From positions 28,026 to 92,025 of IMG/VR virus record IMGVR_UViG_3300009527_000006: DNA of 64,000 nt. One strand, written 5' to 3'. Positions 38,281 to 47,558 of the stretch are shown here, piece by piece. A program made the position numbers and the translations under genes. Numbering within the stretch: position 1 is the first letter of the stretch; every line of letters starts with the position of its first letter. The notes beneath the pieces are model-generated. The model was not told the DNA's origin and ran no database searches. It saw only the letters and a program-made list of their open reading frames with translations. This DNA is from a virus.

Positions 38281-38868
38281 TTAACCAAAAACATACTTTT
38301 CCCATTCAGGACGCATAAAATCTAATACTCTACCATTTTTAGGTTGATATGGCTGATTTATCAGATTCAATCCACATTCTTCAGGAGTTCTATCCGCTTT
38401 CCACACATTCAAAGATTTAGAACACGTTACCAAATTTGTCCAAGTATTTTTCCCACCTTTTGAAATAGGAATTATATGATCGGTACTCACAGTTTCTTTA
38501 GTTAATAGTTCTCCCGTATATTGACAAATATAATTATCTCTCTTCCAGATATTTTGCTTGGACGGAAATTGAAGAGTCTTATACGGAATTTTATCATATG
38601 AATTGCAAACTATTATTGCGGGTAGCTTATATTTTCTACCTCCTGCTCCACTAATAAACTCATCATTATTATTAATTTCCAATTTTGACCAACTTTCCCA
38701 ACTATCCACAATATGAAAGTATTCTATCTCATTATCAGAACTCATTGAAATATCAATAGGTTTTACTGAACCGGATAAAATATCCGTAAAAGCTCTCTGC
38801 CATGTAGATACACTTATAGGAAAGAGATTTTTATTAAGTTTCAAAATTTCAGATTTCTTAGATGACAT
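38281..38868 (-). CDS. HNH endonuclease within tRNA array
   Basis: 'RDNYICQYTG..TDHIIPISKGG..WTNLVTC...N..K'. Confidence 0.9.
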   Translation of the reverse strand: MSSKKSEILKLNKNLFPISVSTWQRAFTDILSGSVKPIDISMSSDNEIEYFHIVDSWESWSKLEINNNDEFISGAGGRKYKLPAIIVCNSYDKIPYKTLQFPSKQNIWKRDNYICQYTGELLTKETVSTDHIIPISKGGKNTWTNLVTCSKSLNVWKADRTPEECGLNLINQPYQPKNGRVLDFMRPEWEKYVFG

Positions 38869-38968
38869 ATACTATAAACATTATCCACAACACTACTCAA
38901 GTCAAGAAGAAACATCTAAAATTGTGCATGTTTACAGGACAAATCAGAGGCATTAGATGTATAAAACA

Positions 38969-39039
38969 TGCGAAATATCAGAATCGAACTGATGTCTTAT
39001 CTTTGGAAGAGATCGGTTCTACCATTAAACTAATTTCGC
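38969..39039 (-). tRNA. tRNA-Gly(TCC)
   Basis: ATCT-CTTCCAA-AGAT; GCG acceptor. Confidence 0.88.
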
Positions 39040-39053
39040 TTATAAAATTATAA

Positions 39054-39125
39054 TAACCTGTGCCAGAATCGAACTGGCGTCATTTCTTAGAAAGAGAAAT
39101 GTGCTAACCACTGCACCAACAGGTC
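39054..39125 (-). tRNA. tRNA-Glu(TTC)
   Basis: TTTCT-CTTTCTA-AGAAA; GTTCGA. Confidence 0.88.
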
Positions 39126-39132
39126 TTTTAAA

Positions 39133-39205
39133 TCTACTACTTGAGGATCGCACTCAACAATTCATGTTCCCAAAACATGCGCGTTCACTAGCTCGCTCGT
39201 AGAAG
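39133..39205 (-). tRNA. tRNA-Pro(TGG)
   Basis: CATGT-TTTGGGA-ACATG; T-loop TGCGATC. Confidence 0.75.
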
Positions 39206-39226
39206 TATGTTTTACTAAGCACTTAA

Positions 39227-39297
39227 TCGGAAAACCAAGAGTTGCACTTGGACAAAAAGGATATGAGCCTTTTATGCTACTATTACATCATTTTCCA
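39227..39297 (-). tRNA. tRNA-Met(CAT), possibly initiator type
   Basis: AAAGG-CTCATAT-CCTTT; weak 1:72 pair; T-loop TGCAACT. Confidence 0.75.
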
Positions 39298-39305
39298 TTA
39301 TACAA

Positions 39306-39376
39306 AGCCTCGCAACCGTAATGCTCGGTTTTCTTCAGTTTGCAAGACTGATGTATCACTTTAATACTTGTGAGGA
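39306..39376 (-). tRNA. degenerate tRNA, anticodon TGC on a Thr-like body
   Basis: TCAGT-CTTGCAA-ACTGA; acceptor mismatches; no G3:U70. Confidence 0.5.
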
Positions 39377-39388
39377 AGTTATCTAAAA

Positions 39389-39461
39389 CTCCCAAGGTAG
39401 GGCACGATCCTACGACATCCAAATTAACAGTTTGGCGCTCTACCAATTGAGCTACTTGGGA
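39389..39461 (-). tRNA. tRNA-Asn(GTT)
   Basis: CCAAA-CTGTTAA-TTTGG; TCCCAAG/CTTGGGA acceptor. Confidence 0.88.
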
Positions 39462-39465
39462 TTAT

Positions 39466-39538
39466 GTTAATTGTGCAAGATTTGGTCTTGCATTTCACTT
39501 TACTACAAAGTGGTCTTACTAATTAGATGAACAATTAA
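39466..39538 (-). ncRNA. tRNA-like cloverleaf with aberrant loops
   Basis: Paired acceptor, anticodon and T stems, but loops TGTAGTA and ACCAAAT. Confidence 0.5.
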
Positions 39539-39548
39539 ATTATCAAAA

Positions 39549-39621
39549 TACTCCTCGCCAGACTTGCACTGGCCTATCCAGATTAAAAGTCTGGCACATC
39601 AGCTATCAATGTTTGAGGAGC
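39549..39621 (-). tRNA. tRNA-Lys(TTT)
   Basis: CCAGA-CTTTTAA-TCTGG; T-loop TGCAAGT. Confidence 0.82.
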
Positions 39622-39635
39622 CTCTGTTAAACACA

Positions 39636-39720
39636 TGAAAAATGGTGGTATTGCGCCACTCGCTCACTTCCATTCTTATAAAAGCAACGGTTTTACAGAC
39701 CGCCGAACGGGACATTTTTC
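39636..39720 (-). tRNA. tRNA-Tyr(GTA)-like, D-arm absent, long variable region
   Basis: GCGGT-CTGTAAA-ACCGT; GAAAAAT/ATTTTTC acceptor. Confidence 0.6.
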
Positions 39721-39748
39721 AAAAAACATATTATAACACTACATAAAA

Positions 39749-39819
39749 TTGACCTTGCAGGTATTGCACCTGCTACTCAGACTTATCAAGTCTGTGTTAT
39801 GCTTTTTAACTAAAGGTCA
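39749..39819 (-). tRNA. tRNA-Ile(GAT)
   Basis: CAGAC-TTGATAA-GTCTG; T-loop TGCAATA. Confidence 0.8.
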
Positions 39820-39899
39820 TTAAAGAACTACTTCGGTTTTAACCCGATTTTTTACTTATCTAAGTTTACACCACTTTTATCTCTTGTCAAACACTTTTA

Positions 39900-40631
39900 T
39901 TAATTTTTATTCATCAATATCCAATTCATGCGTAATTTAGGATGACCTCTCAATCTTCCGTCCTCTAGAGCTGTCATGCCCAAAGGAGTATTCATTAGAT
40001 ATTTTTCAGCAGTTTTAATATTCATCTGATCTACTAAATTCATAAAACAACTTTCAATTAAAACATGTTTATCAGCTTTTTCAAGAATTTTGAGCCAGTC
40101 AAAAACTGAATAACCTATTATAGGCTCAATTTTAACCGTGTCAAGTTCTGTTTTTATAGGAGCTTTTATATGACAAACCGAAGACTGTTCTTGTAAAACA
40201 ATATATTTTCCAGAATGATTTACTAACTTATTATAGAGTTCTTCCTCTTTATTTTTATTTCTAGTTATTTGCAAATTCCACTTTTCAGAAAAATCTACAT
40301 CTGCCAAAAAATACTTGTATTCATCAAAAGAAAATTTAGTATTATTTCTCATATATTCATGAGAACTATGTGGATTTGCTCCCGGTATAGAAAATGATAA
40401 ATCTATTATACGAGCACAATGCGCGGCATAGCACTCACGATATGAGTGCCTACAGTCAAAATCCACAGGTATAAAAGTAACATAATCTACATACCCCACA
40501 AAATTACCGATAATTCTTCTATCAACTGGCCAAATTACAGTCCAACCACGATCATAGTAATATTTTGCTATAGGTAAACATATAATAATATCTCCTATTT
40601 TACCGGGTTGTATTATTCCTAATTTTCTCAT
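39900..40631 (-). CDS. glycosyltransferase-like (GT9-like N-terminus)
   Basis: 'IIQPGKIGDIIICLP..YY', 'DWLKILEKA..IESCF'. Confidence 0.55.
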   Translation of the reverse strand: MRKLGIIQPGKIGDIIICLPIAKYYYDRGWTVIWPVDRRIIGNFVGYVDYVTFIPVDFDCRHSYRECYAAHCARIIDLSFSIPGANPHSSHEYMRNNTKFSFDEYKYFLADVDFSEKWNLQITRNKNKEEELYNKLVNHSGKYIVLQEQSSVCHIKAPIKTELDTVKIEPIIGYSVFDWLKILEKADKHVLIESCFMNLVDQMNIKTAEKYLMNTPLGMTALEDGRLRGHPKLRMNWILMNKN

Positions 40632-41479
40632 TTATAGTTTTTAATTTTATTGAACATTTCGACCAAAGACAGTTTAGGAATGTGCGGAACTATTATACTA
40701 TACTTTTTATAAAAAATTTCCAAATCATTAGATACGGCGGCTGTGCGCTTTCCTCCAGCATCTATTCTAGAAGATATTTCTAAATTATTTGTCACATATT
40801 CATCGCCATTTGCCAAATCTGGAAAATACCAAAAACACGGACCTTCTGGAAGCAATGATGAACGATATACACTATCAACATCAAACATACTGTAGTATTC
40901 AGTAGAATAATTTCCCAATTTTTCCCATAAATTCCTAGTTCTTACAGAAAATTCATTAGTCATATTAGGATAACAACTTATGACACAATTAGAATAATTA
41001 ATACGAGCATTAGGAGTTCTATTGCCGACTATGCCACTTTCTTGAGAGAATGAAGCATAGCACAAATACTGATGTTTTGAATTTATCAATGCATCAACAT
41101 ACGCTTGGAATGTATTTGGTTTGAGTATCAGCATATCATCTTCAACACAGAAGAGATAATCGCACCCTTGCTCATACAAATAATTCATGCCATCGTTTCT
41201 TGCTCTAGCCGGACCTAAATTGGTCGAATGCTGTATCCAATGACAATCATTTGAATAATCTTCTTTATAAGCATGGCCACCATTGACTACTACAATAGTA
41301 TAATCTAAATTTTTAGGTATAGTTTTCCATAATGCAGAAAAAGCGTGTTCTGTATTATATGTTGTTATACATATTCCTATTTTAATTTTATTCATTTTTT
41401 CCATAGAATAATTCCATTGCCTTTTCCGAACAATAAGACTGAAACTGTGCAAATGAGCCGTTTTTATAAATACTATCAA
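40628..41479 (-). CDS. family 2 glycosyltransferase (true start probably near MNKIK)
   Basis: 'ICITTYN', 'VVNGG', 'NLGPARARN', 'VEDD'. Confidence 0.8.
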   Translation of the reverse strand: MIVFIKTAHLHSFSLIVRKRQWNYSMEKMNKIKIGICITTYNTEHAFSALWKTIPKNLDYTIVVVNGGHAYKEDYSNDCHWIQHSTNLGPARARNDGMNYLYEQGCDYLFCVEDDMLILKPNTFQAYVDALINSKHQYLCYASFSQESGIVGNRTPNARINYSNCVISCYPNMTNEFSVRTRNLWEKLGNYSTEYYSMFDVDSVYRSSLLPEGPCFWYFPDLANGDEYVTNNLEISSRIDAGGKRTAAVSNDLEIFYKKYSIIVPHIPKLSLVEMFNKIKNYK

Positions 41480-42686
41480 AATCAGAAATAGTCTTTTCTT
41501 TCAGTTCTGGCCAGTCTCTGAGTATATTGCAGTATACATAATCTTTTGCTTCTGGAGAAAGAACATCCATATGTATTTTCTTATTCATTCTACCTGCTCG
41601 AATAAGAGCAGAGTCTAATTTCTCTGGATGATTAGCAGTCATTATAGTAAAGACTTTATCATTTTTTTCAGTATCACTGAGAGCATTCAATAAAGTATTA
41701 AACGTGAGCAATTGCTTAGTATGGCACGAATCCGCTAAAACATTAATTCTTTCATTGAATACAGTATCTATATCTTCTATAAGAAGAATAGTGCCGCTAC
41801 TTGAAATAGATTTGTAATACTTTATAAATTCAGTATCACTCATGTTTGCTAAGTTTATGACCACTACTGGAATGTCCAATTCACGCGCAGCTTCTATAAC
41901 CATTCTAGATTTACCTGTTCCGGGAGAACCTGTGATGAATGCAGAGTCATGCCAGATTAGTTTTCTTTCAGCAAACCATTTAGAAGAATTTAACCAAAAA
42001 CTGATACTCTGTTTAAGTTTTATATATTCTTTAGAATAGAAATATTTAGCATTATTTTTAGATTTTTCTAAAAATTCAAAATAATTAGAATAATCATAAC
42101 CATATATCTTTGCCTTGCTTTGTAATACCGAAATATCAAATCCCTCCGCGAAATTACCATCATCACCAACTATATCAGGAGCACCGCGATCTTCTTTATT
42201 GCTATCATCATTGTCTATGTCTTTTTTATCTCCGCCAGATCTTTGGATAATTCTGAAACGGGTGCCGTCTCTTTTCTCTTCAGGCACGGCATGTAAAGGA
42301 TCGAGTTTTCTAATATATTCAGAATATATCTTATCAAAATTAAATGTTCCAAAAAGATATGTAATCATATACACGCCCCAATAAGGATCTTTTTTAACTA
42401 TTAAAGGAGTCAGTCCTTTATAAAGTAAAATAATTTGCTTTTCATCTAAAATAGGCATCTGCCCTTCTCCTACTCTACAAAATATTATCTTTCTTTTTCC
42501 CCATCTAATTACCTTAGAATCTTTCAAGATATAATCTTTGACAAATACGTCAGACATTGACGCAGGGATAATATCAGTTCTTATAAAGATATTAGTCACC
42601 TCAATAACATAGCTCTTCAATTGTGTCCAAAAAGCTATTATTCCAGTAGCAAATGCTGCAATAGTTAAATGTGATAATTCAGGCAT
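41388..42686 (-). CDS. BCS1-like membrane-anchored AAA+ ATPase
   Basis: N-terminal TM segment, 'GSPGTGKS', 'LLIEDID', 'LLNAL', 'TANHPEKLDSALIRAGR'. Confidence 0.85.
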   Translation of the reverse strand: MPELSHLTIAAFATGIIAFWTQLKSYVIEVTNIFIRTDIIPASMSDVFVKDYILKDSKVIRWGKRKIIFCRVGEGQMPILDEKQIILLYKGLTPLIVKKDPYWGVYMITYLFGTFNFDKIYSEYIRKLDPLHAVPEEKRDGTRFRIIQRSGGDKKDIDNDDSNKEDRGAPDIVGDDGNFAEGFDISVLQSKAKIYGYDYSNYFEFLEKSKNNAKYFYSKEYIKLKQSISFWLNSSKWFAERKLIWHDSAFITGSPGTGKSRMVIEAARELDIPVVVINLANMSDTEFIKYYKSISSSGTILLIEDIDTVFNERINVLADSCHTKQLLTFNTLLNALSDTEKNDKVFTIMTANHPEKLDSALIRAGRMNKKIHMDVLSPEAKDYVYCNILRDWPELKEKTISDFDSIYKNGSFAQFQSYCSEKAMELFYGKNE

Positions 42687-42693
42687 ATAAATT

Positions 42694-43728
42694 TTAGTAA
42701 TTTCTATGCAGAGAATACAATACTTTCATACGCTCTGCAACTTTTTTCTTCATCTCTTCATCAAGTTTCCAGTCATCATTAGAAAGTTCTTTACAATACT
42801 TTTCTATAGATTCTACAACATCGACTAATTTAAAATCTTCAACACTTTTATCTTCTACATTTTTAGCAATATCTTTTGTAACTAACCGTGTTTTATGCAT
42901 TGCGGGATTGGAAGATTCTATCTTACTGAGCAATTCTTTGGTCGGATTTACTGCTAATATATAGTTTCCTTTAATATCATATAAATCATTTTCATCATAT
43001 ACGTATTTGAATTTAGGTGATTCTTTATTTTCTATCTTTTCTACAGTATTAGCGCTAGCGTCTAATAAAAAAACATATTTAGATTCTCCTGCATCATTAA
43101 AATCTAATGAATATGCACTGCCTGTATATATAAACGGCTTGCTATCATAAAGACGTTCTTGATATAAATGATAATGTCCAGAAAAGCAAGCCTTACCAAC
43201 CTTTTTCATAAGATCACCAGCCTTAAAACCGTGCTGCGAAAGATGGCCCTTAACTACTTCAAAAGAAACAGTATCAAAATGCCCCATCAAATAATCACAA
43301 TCAGGAATATCTTCTAGTTTAACCGCCCACGGGCAAAAGGCTATACCATCTTTAACACATACTTGATCATGCACATTTATATTAGAATAATTTTTGAAAG
43401 CACATAATGAATGAACTTTAGGTGAATTGTCATATACACAATCATGATTGCCTACACATATATCTATAGAATATTCTGCCAATTCATCAAAAAAAGCAGT
43501 TACTGCATTCATAACTTCTACTTTAATATGAAATCTATGATCGAAAATATCTCCAAGAAATATTATATTTTTAATATTTCTAGATTTACAAATATCCTTC
43601 AACCAAAAACCATAATTTTTCAATATACTGAGAAATTTTTCATCACCCTTATATTTTCCGGCATGTATGTCTCCTACAATCAAATAATAATTATTCTTCA
43701 TTATTTTCACAAGAAACATCATCATCAT
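42694..43728 (-). CDS. recombination endonuclease nuclease subunit (gp47/SbcD)
   Basis: 'GDIH', 'LGDIFD', 'GNHD', 'GH', 'SGHYH', 'YTGS'. Confidence 0.9.
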   Translation of the reverse strand: MMMMFLVKIMKNNYYLIVGDIHAGKYKGDEKFLSILKNYGFWLKDICKSRNIKNIIFLGDIFDHRFHIKVEVMNAVTAFFDELAEYSIDICVGNHDCVYDNSPKVHSLCAFKNYSNINVHDQVCVKDGIAFCPWAVKLEDIPDCDYLMGHFDTVSFEVVKGHLSQHGFKAGDLMKKVGKACFSGHYHLYQERLYDSKPFIYTGSAYSLDFNDAGESKYVFLLDASANTVEKIENKESPKFKYVYDENDLYDIKGNYILAVNPTKELLSKIESSNPAMHKTRLVTKDIAKNVEDKSVEDFKLVDVVESIEKYCKELSNDDWKLDEEMKKKVAERMKVLYSLHRNY

Positions 43729-44428
43729 ACATTATCTTCTGTCTCCTCACGTTCTTCCATGATTCTGAAGCATAAACTTTTTCATACATTTCTTCCTGAA
43801 AACGCTTATGAGTATCAGTTCTTTTATTTTCATCTTTAATTCTGTTAATAAAACAATTCCAGCATATTCTAGAATAAAAACCGAAAGGATTGTTTTTGAA
43901 CACCACTAGTTCATTTCCATCTTCATCAAATTCTAATGAATCTTCTTCTCCAAGAATTTTAATTACAGATACTAATTTTTTATTTCGCATCTTTTCAAAT
44001 TTAACAGTTGTCCTGCCATCCGATTCATCCACGTGCTTCAACAGAACCTTTCCTCTAGTATTAAGAGAGAACAACTGTTCTTTAACAGCCTTGAACATTT
44101 TAATCTTAGCATCTCCAACCATTTCTTCTAGCCACGAATACTGATTGAAATTTCCCAATCTTTTCATATTTTCAGGAATATCACTTATCATTTTTGCTAA
44201 TTTTTCAGTAATATAAGAATCTGGATTTTTTTCACATAAATCATAGTATTCCTTAAAGGCCAACCACATATCATCTTTATTGATATATTCATTGGTCTTT
44301 TTATCTTTTTTTTCTTTTCTTTTTCTAGTCGGTCTTTCAGAAAGATCAAGAAGTTCTTCTATAGATTCATCACTATCTATTATACTTTCATCTAAGTCAA
44401 TATATTCGGGTTCAAAGTCGTCTTTCAT
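43691..44428 (-). CDS. late-transcription sigma factor (gp55-like)
   Basis: 'YINKDD', 'NFNQYSWLEEMVGDA', 'NPFGFYSRICWNCFINRIKDENK'; adjacent to gp47. Confidence 0.85.
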   Translation of the reverse strand: MKDDFEPEYIDLDESIIDSDESIEELLDLSERPTRKRKEKKDKKTNEYINKDDMWLAFKEYYDLCEKNPDSYITEKLAKMISDIPENMKRLGNFNQYSWLEEMVGDAKIKMFKAVKEQLFSLNTRGKVLLKHVDESDGRTTVKFEKMRNKKLVSVIKILGEEDSLEFDEDGNELVVFKNNPFGFYSRICWNCFINRIKDENKRTDTHKRFQEEMYEKVYASESWKNVRRQKIMYDDDVSCENNEE

Positions 44429-45915
44429 AGTTTTATTTTTTTAATTGTGTATTTTATCTTTTCCTTATCATATAATTCCAACCTCTCTAAAAAATGCTTT
44501 TTAGAGTATTCTGTATTATCAGAAATATCAAAAATATACGATTTCTTTTTGGAAGAATGTTTTCTCATAGTTCTACCTATAGACTGCATAATTTTGACCA
44601 CACTTTTTCCTACAAAAGGCAATACCAACCTATGTAAGTTTTTAATGTTTATTCCGGTAGAAAAACACTTACTCATAGCAACACATACAATACCGACTCT
44701 GTCTTCCATAGCATCAATAATGGCTTGGCGTTCAGATGTGGGCATTTCTCCAGTAACGAAATAGCATTCCTTTTTCGCAGAAATATTATCAAATAATATT
44801 TGACCTTGCTCAAGACTATCTACCAAAATCATAGTATTAATAGAACTATCGTCACAGATTTTGTATATTACTTCATTTCTTGCCTGATTCTTGTATAAAA
44901 ATTGTTTTTCTTTTTCATATTTTGCTGTCGGAAAAGGGTCTTCTACCCATTCACCATCTACCTCTATCATTGGTGCATCAGGAAATTCTTGGTGTATAAA
45001 GTATATTGCCTTGATATGAATGTCTGTTGCTGTTCCTTTTTCTCTGACATCTGAATTAGATAATACACTTAAAATAGGCCCGATTTTTCCTATAATGTTC
45101 CAACTACTCAACAAATTATTGGGAAGAGTTCCTGTAAGACCGAATCTATATTTTGAAGGCAAATTTTTAAGTATTTTACTGAGAAGATGAGATTCTACTA
45201 TTTTACCATTAACAGGTTTTCTGGATTCTTGCGCACCCACTGTATGAGCTTCATCAATAATTATGTAGTCATAGCATGAAACATTTTCCAGTGTAAACTC
45301 TATATCAGTGTATAGGCTTTTCATAGAAGCCACTAAAATACTTTTTGTAAAAGAAGGCGTCTCTCCATCACCCCATATTTCTACTGAGGGTATGTTGAAA
45401 TTATCAACAAATTCAGAATATGTCTGTCTTAGTAGAGAAACTCCCGGAACAATAATAAGAATCTTTTTATTAGAGTCATTATCTAGCAGAGTTTTCGCCA
45501 ATCCTCCCATGACTAATGTTTTACCCGCAGAAGTAGCGGCTAGACAAATTCCTCTTCCGTTTTTTATAAAATGATTTATCATTTCTTCTTGATAATCGTA
45601 GTAATTGAAATTTTCTATTTTAGAAATTTCTTTTATATCAAGAGATGGACGATATGCTAGCTTGAATTCAGAAGATATATCCCACCTGACTCGCACTTGT
45701 AATTTTTTGACATATTGAACAATTTCTTCAAAAATGCCCACCTCAAATACTCCTGAAAGTGTGATAACATAGGTTCTATTATCATATTGCCTTTTAGCAT
45801 AATTAGGAGTAGATACACTAAAATGTTCTCTGATAATTTTGAATAAATTTTTGTCAGAGCAAGTCAGCTTGCCCATAGAATCTTTATGAAGAATCACTTT
45901 TATGACAGGTATCAT
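44425..45915 (-). CDS. uvsW: SF2 helicase UvsW
   Basis: 'ATSAGKT', 'IIDEAH', 'GLTGT', 'QSIGR.MR'. Confidence 0.9.
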   Translation of the reverse strand: MIPVIKVILHKDSMGKLTCSDKNLFKIIREHFSVSTPNYAKRQYDNRTYVITLSGVFEVGIFEEIVQYVKKLQVRVRWDISSEFKLAYRPSLDIKEISKIENFNYYDYQEEMINHFIKNGRGICLAATSAGKTLVMGGLAKTLLDNDSNKKILIIVPGVSLLRQTYSEFVDNFNIPSVEIWGDGETPSFTKSILVASMKSLYTDIEFTLENVSCYDYIIIDEAHTVGAQESRKPVNGKIVESHLLSKILKNLPSKYRFGLTGTLPNNLLSSWNIIGKIGPILSVLSNSDVREKGTATDIHIKAIYFIHQEFPDAPMIEVDGEWVEDPFPTAKYEKEKQFLYKNQARNEVIYKICDDSSINTMILVDSLEQGQILFDNISAKKECYFVTGEMPTSERQAIIDAMEDRVGIVCVAMSKCFSTGINIKNLHRLVLPFVGKSVVKIMQSIGRTMRKHSSKKKSYIFDISDNTEYSKKHFLERLELYDKEKIKYTIKKIKL

Positions 45916-46310
45916 AGTTGTTCAAACTTCATAAGATCAATAAGATTTTTAATATCATATCCCATTTGATATAAGTTCTTATTAACTGCAACTTCAAGAT
46001 ATTCTATAAGAATGAGATATTCTTTAATAGAAGTTTGTAAAACTCTGTAATTAGAGTCATTTTCTGCCTTTTTTGCTGCCTTGGCTTTGGATAAATCTAC
46101 GGGGCAGTCACTTAATACTTTATTAAGAAAATCTTTTTCGGCTTCTTCTAATTTGAGCAAATCTCTTTTGGCATTCATAAGACGAAATTGCCATTTATGT
46201 CGAATATTAGGCAAACGTCTTTGTTTATCCAAAACGTCTAAAATATCAATATCAGTATCTTGCTCTAATTCTTTAGAATAAAGATCTATTAGTTCATCCG
46301 CACTCTTCAC
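45912..46310 (-). CDS. uvsY: recombination mediator UvsY-like
   Basis: Helical 132 aa ending 'GYDIKNLIDLMKFE'; next to uvsW. Confidence 0.7.
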   Translation of the reverse strand: MKSADELIDLYSKELEQDTDIDILDVLDKQRRLPNIRHKWQFRLMNAKRDLLKLEEAEKDFLNKVLSDCPVDLSKAKAAKKAENDSNYRVLQTSIKEYLILIEYLEVAVNKNLYQMGYDIKNLIDLMKFEQL

Positions 46311-46386
46311 TAATAAGTATAACTCTACTCTGACTCTATTTCAAGAAATAAGTTGAACTAATTAAAGAAAAGACGTATATTCCTGT

Positions 46387-46848
46387 ATGAAGTTCTCATT
46401 TATAGATCTCTATAGTATCTTCAAAAACTGTCAAAAACCTATTATAGATTTTTTATATGACTATGATATGTTGAATAAATGGTCCAATGATGTTAAAAAG
46501 ACTGTCATTTATTTTCTTCTCATAGAAATTGATAAAGTTCTAAAAGATAAAAATGTATTAATTTTTATAGGAGATTTTTATGATTACGTATTTGAAATTA
46601 CAGAATACTATAGCACTGATAGCATTAAAAAATTATTAAATGACGTATTCAAGAAAATAGGAAAATTGACAAAGAGAACTGTGGTTCTTAAAAAGAAAGT
46701 GCCTTCTACACAGTCATTACTGAGCGAACTAGACGGAGAGCTAATAGATCAGATACTATTATTAAAACATGCTCCAATAAATCAAGCAGAGCTTAAAAAA
46801 TATCTGCACAGCAACAGACTAAAGTCTATATTCAATACAATTTATTGA
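46387..46848 (+). CDS. hypothetical protein
   Basis: 153-aa ORF. Confidence 0.5.
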   Translation: MKFSFIDLYSIFKNCQKPIIDFLYDYDMLNKWSNDVKKTVIYFLLIEIDKVLKDKNVLIFIGDFYDYVFEITEYYSTDSIKKLLNDVFKKIGKLTKRTVVLKKKVPSTQSLLSELDGELIDQILLLKHAPINQAELKKYLHSNRLKSIFNTIY

Positions 46849-47492
46849 AACTTGTCAAATAATTTATAAATATGCTTCCAATTACCATTTAATTCTTCTT
46901 TGGTAAGCAGTCTATTTGGAAGAAGTTCTTTAATATCTTCTATTGCAAAATTTTCTGGAAAAGCATAGTAACTTCCTTCTATGCCTCTTTTATATAGATA
47001 ATCATAAACTAGAATATATGCATTAGTTTCTCTGCAATAATTATCTTCATCAATCCCTAAACCCAATTGATTGTTATATTGAAGAACTCTCCTATCTGCA
47101 TCTAATTCTAATTGTTGTATAACTCTCACATTTTTTTTAGATATTTTAGATACAACGCATTCTCTCCAGTCCCAAAACAACTGATGGTTTTTTATGACAT
47201 TATTCCATTTCCTTTTACCAAATTCTTTCCACTGTTCATAATGACAATATTCATGTATAAAAATGTCAAAATGAAATAACCTATCAAAAACATTCATTGT
47301 AAACTCTGGTTTTTGATAAAGTTCATCACATGCAAAATAATTCATATCATTCTTGCTTTTATTTACACGATATACAAAATTTACAGAAACGCCATCAGAA
47401 ATCATTTCTTTTATTTTTTCACCTATAAAAATATTTTGATTATCATTCATTGAATTGTATATATTACTATTTTTCATAAGAAGACTGCTCAA
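46842..47492 (-). CDS. HExxH zinc-metallopeptidase-like protein
   Basis: 'FIHEYCHYEQW...ELDAD'; start uncertain. Confidence 0.55.
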   Translation of the reverse strand: MSSLLMKNSNIYNSMNDNQNIFIGEKIKEMISDGVSVNFVYRVNKSKNDMNYFACDELYQKPEFTMNVFDRLFHFDIFIHEYCHYEQWKEFGKRKWNNVIKNHQLFWDWRECVVSKISKKNVRVIQQLELDADRRVLQYNNQLGLGIDEDNYCRETNAYILVYDYLYKRGIEGSYYAFPENFAIEDIKELLPNRLLTKEELNGNWKHIYKLFDKFQ

Positions 47493-47532
47493 CTGAGATA
47501 ACTTGTGGTTATTTATCTCAGTTGAGCAGTCT
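47482..47532. repeat. 20-bp perfect inverted repeat
   Basis: AGACTGCTCAACTGAGATAA / TTATCTCAGTTGAGCAGTCT with an 11-nt loop. Confidence 0.85.
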
Positions 47533-47558
47533 GGATTTGGGTCAGATTATCTAATTTT

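Noticed and set aside
38067-39053. ORFs 38067-38318 and 38862-39053 (+)
   Set aside because: They overlap tRNA genes on the opposite strand; spurious.
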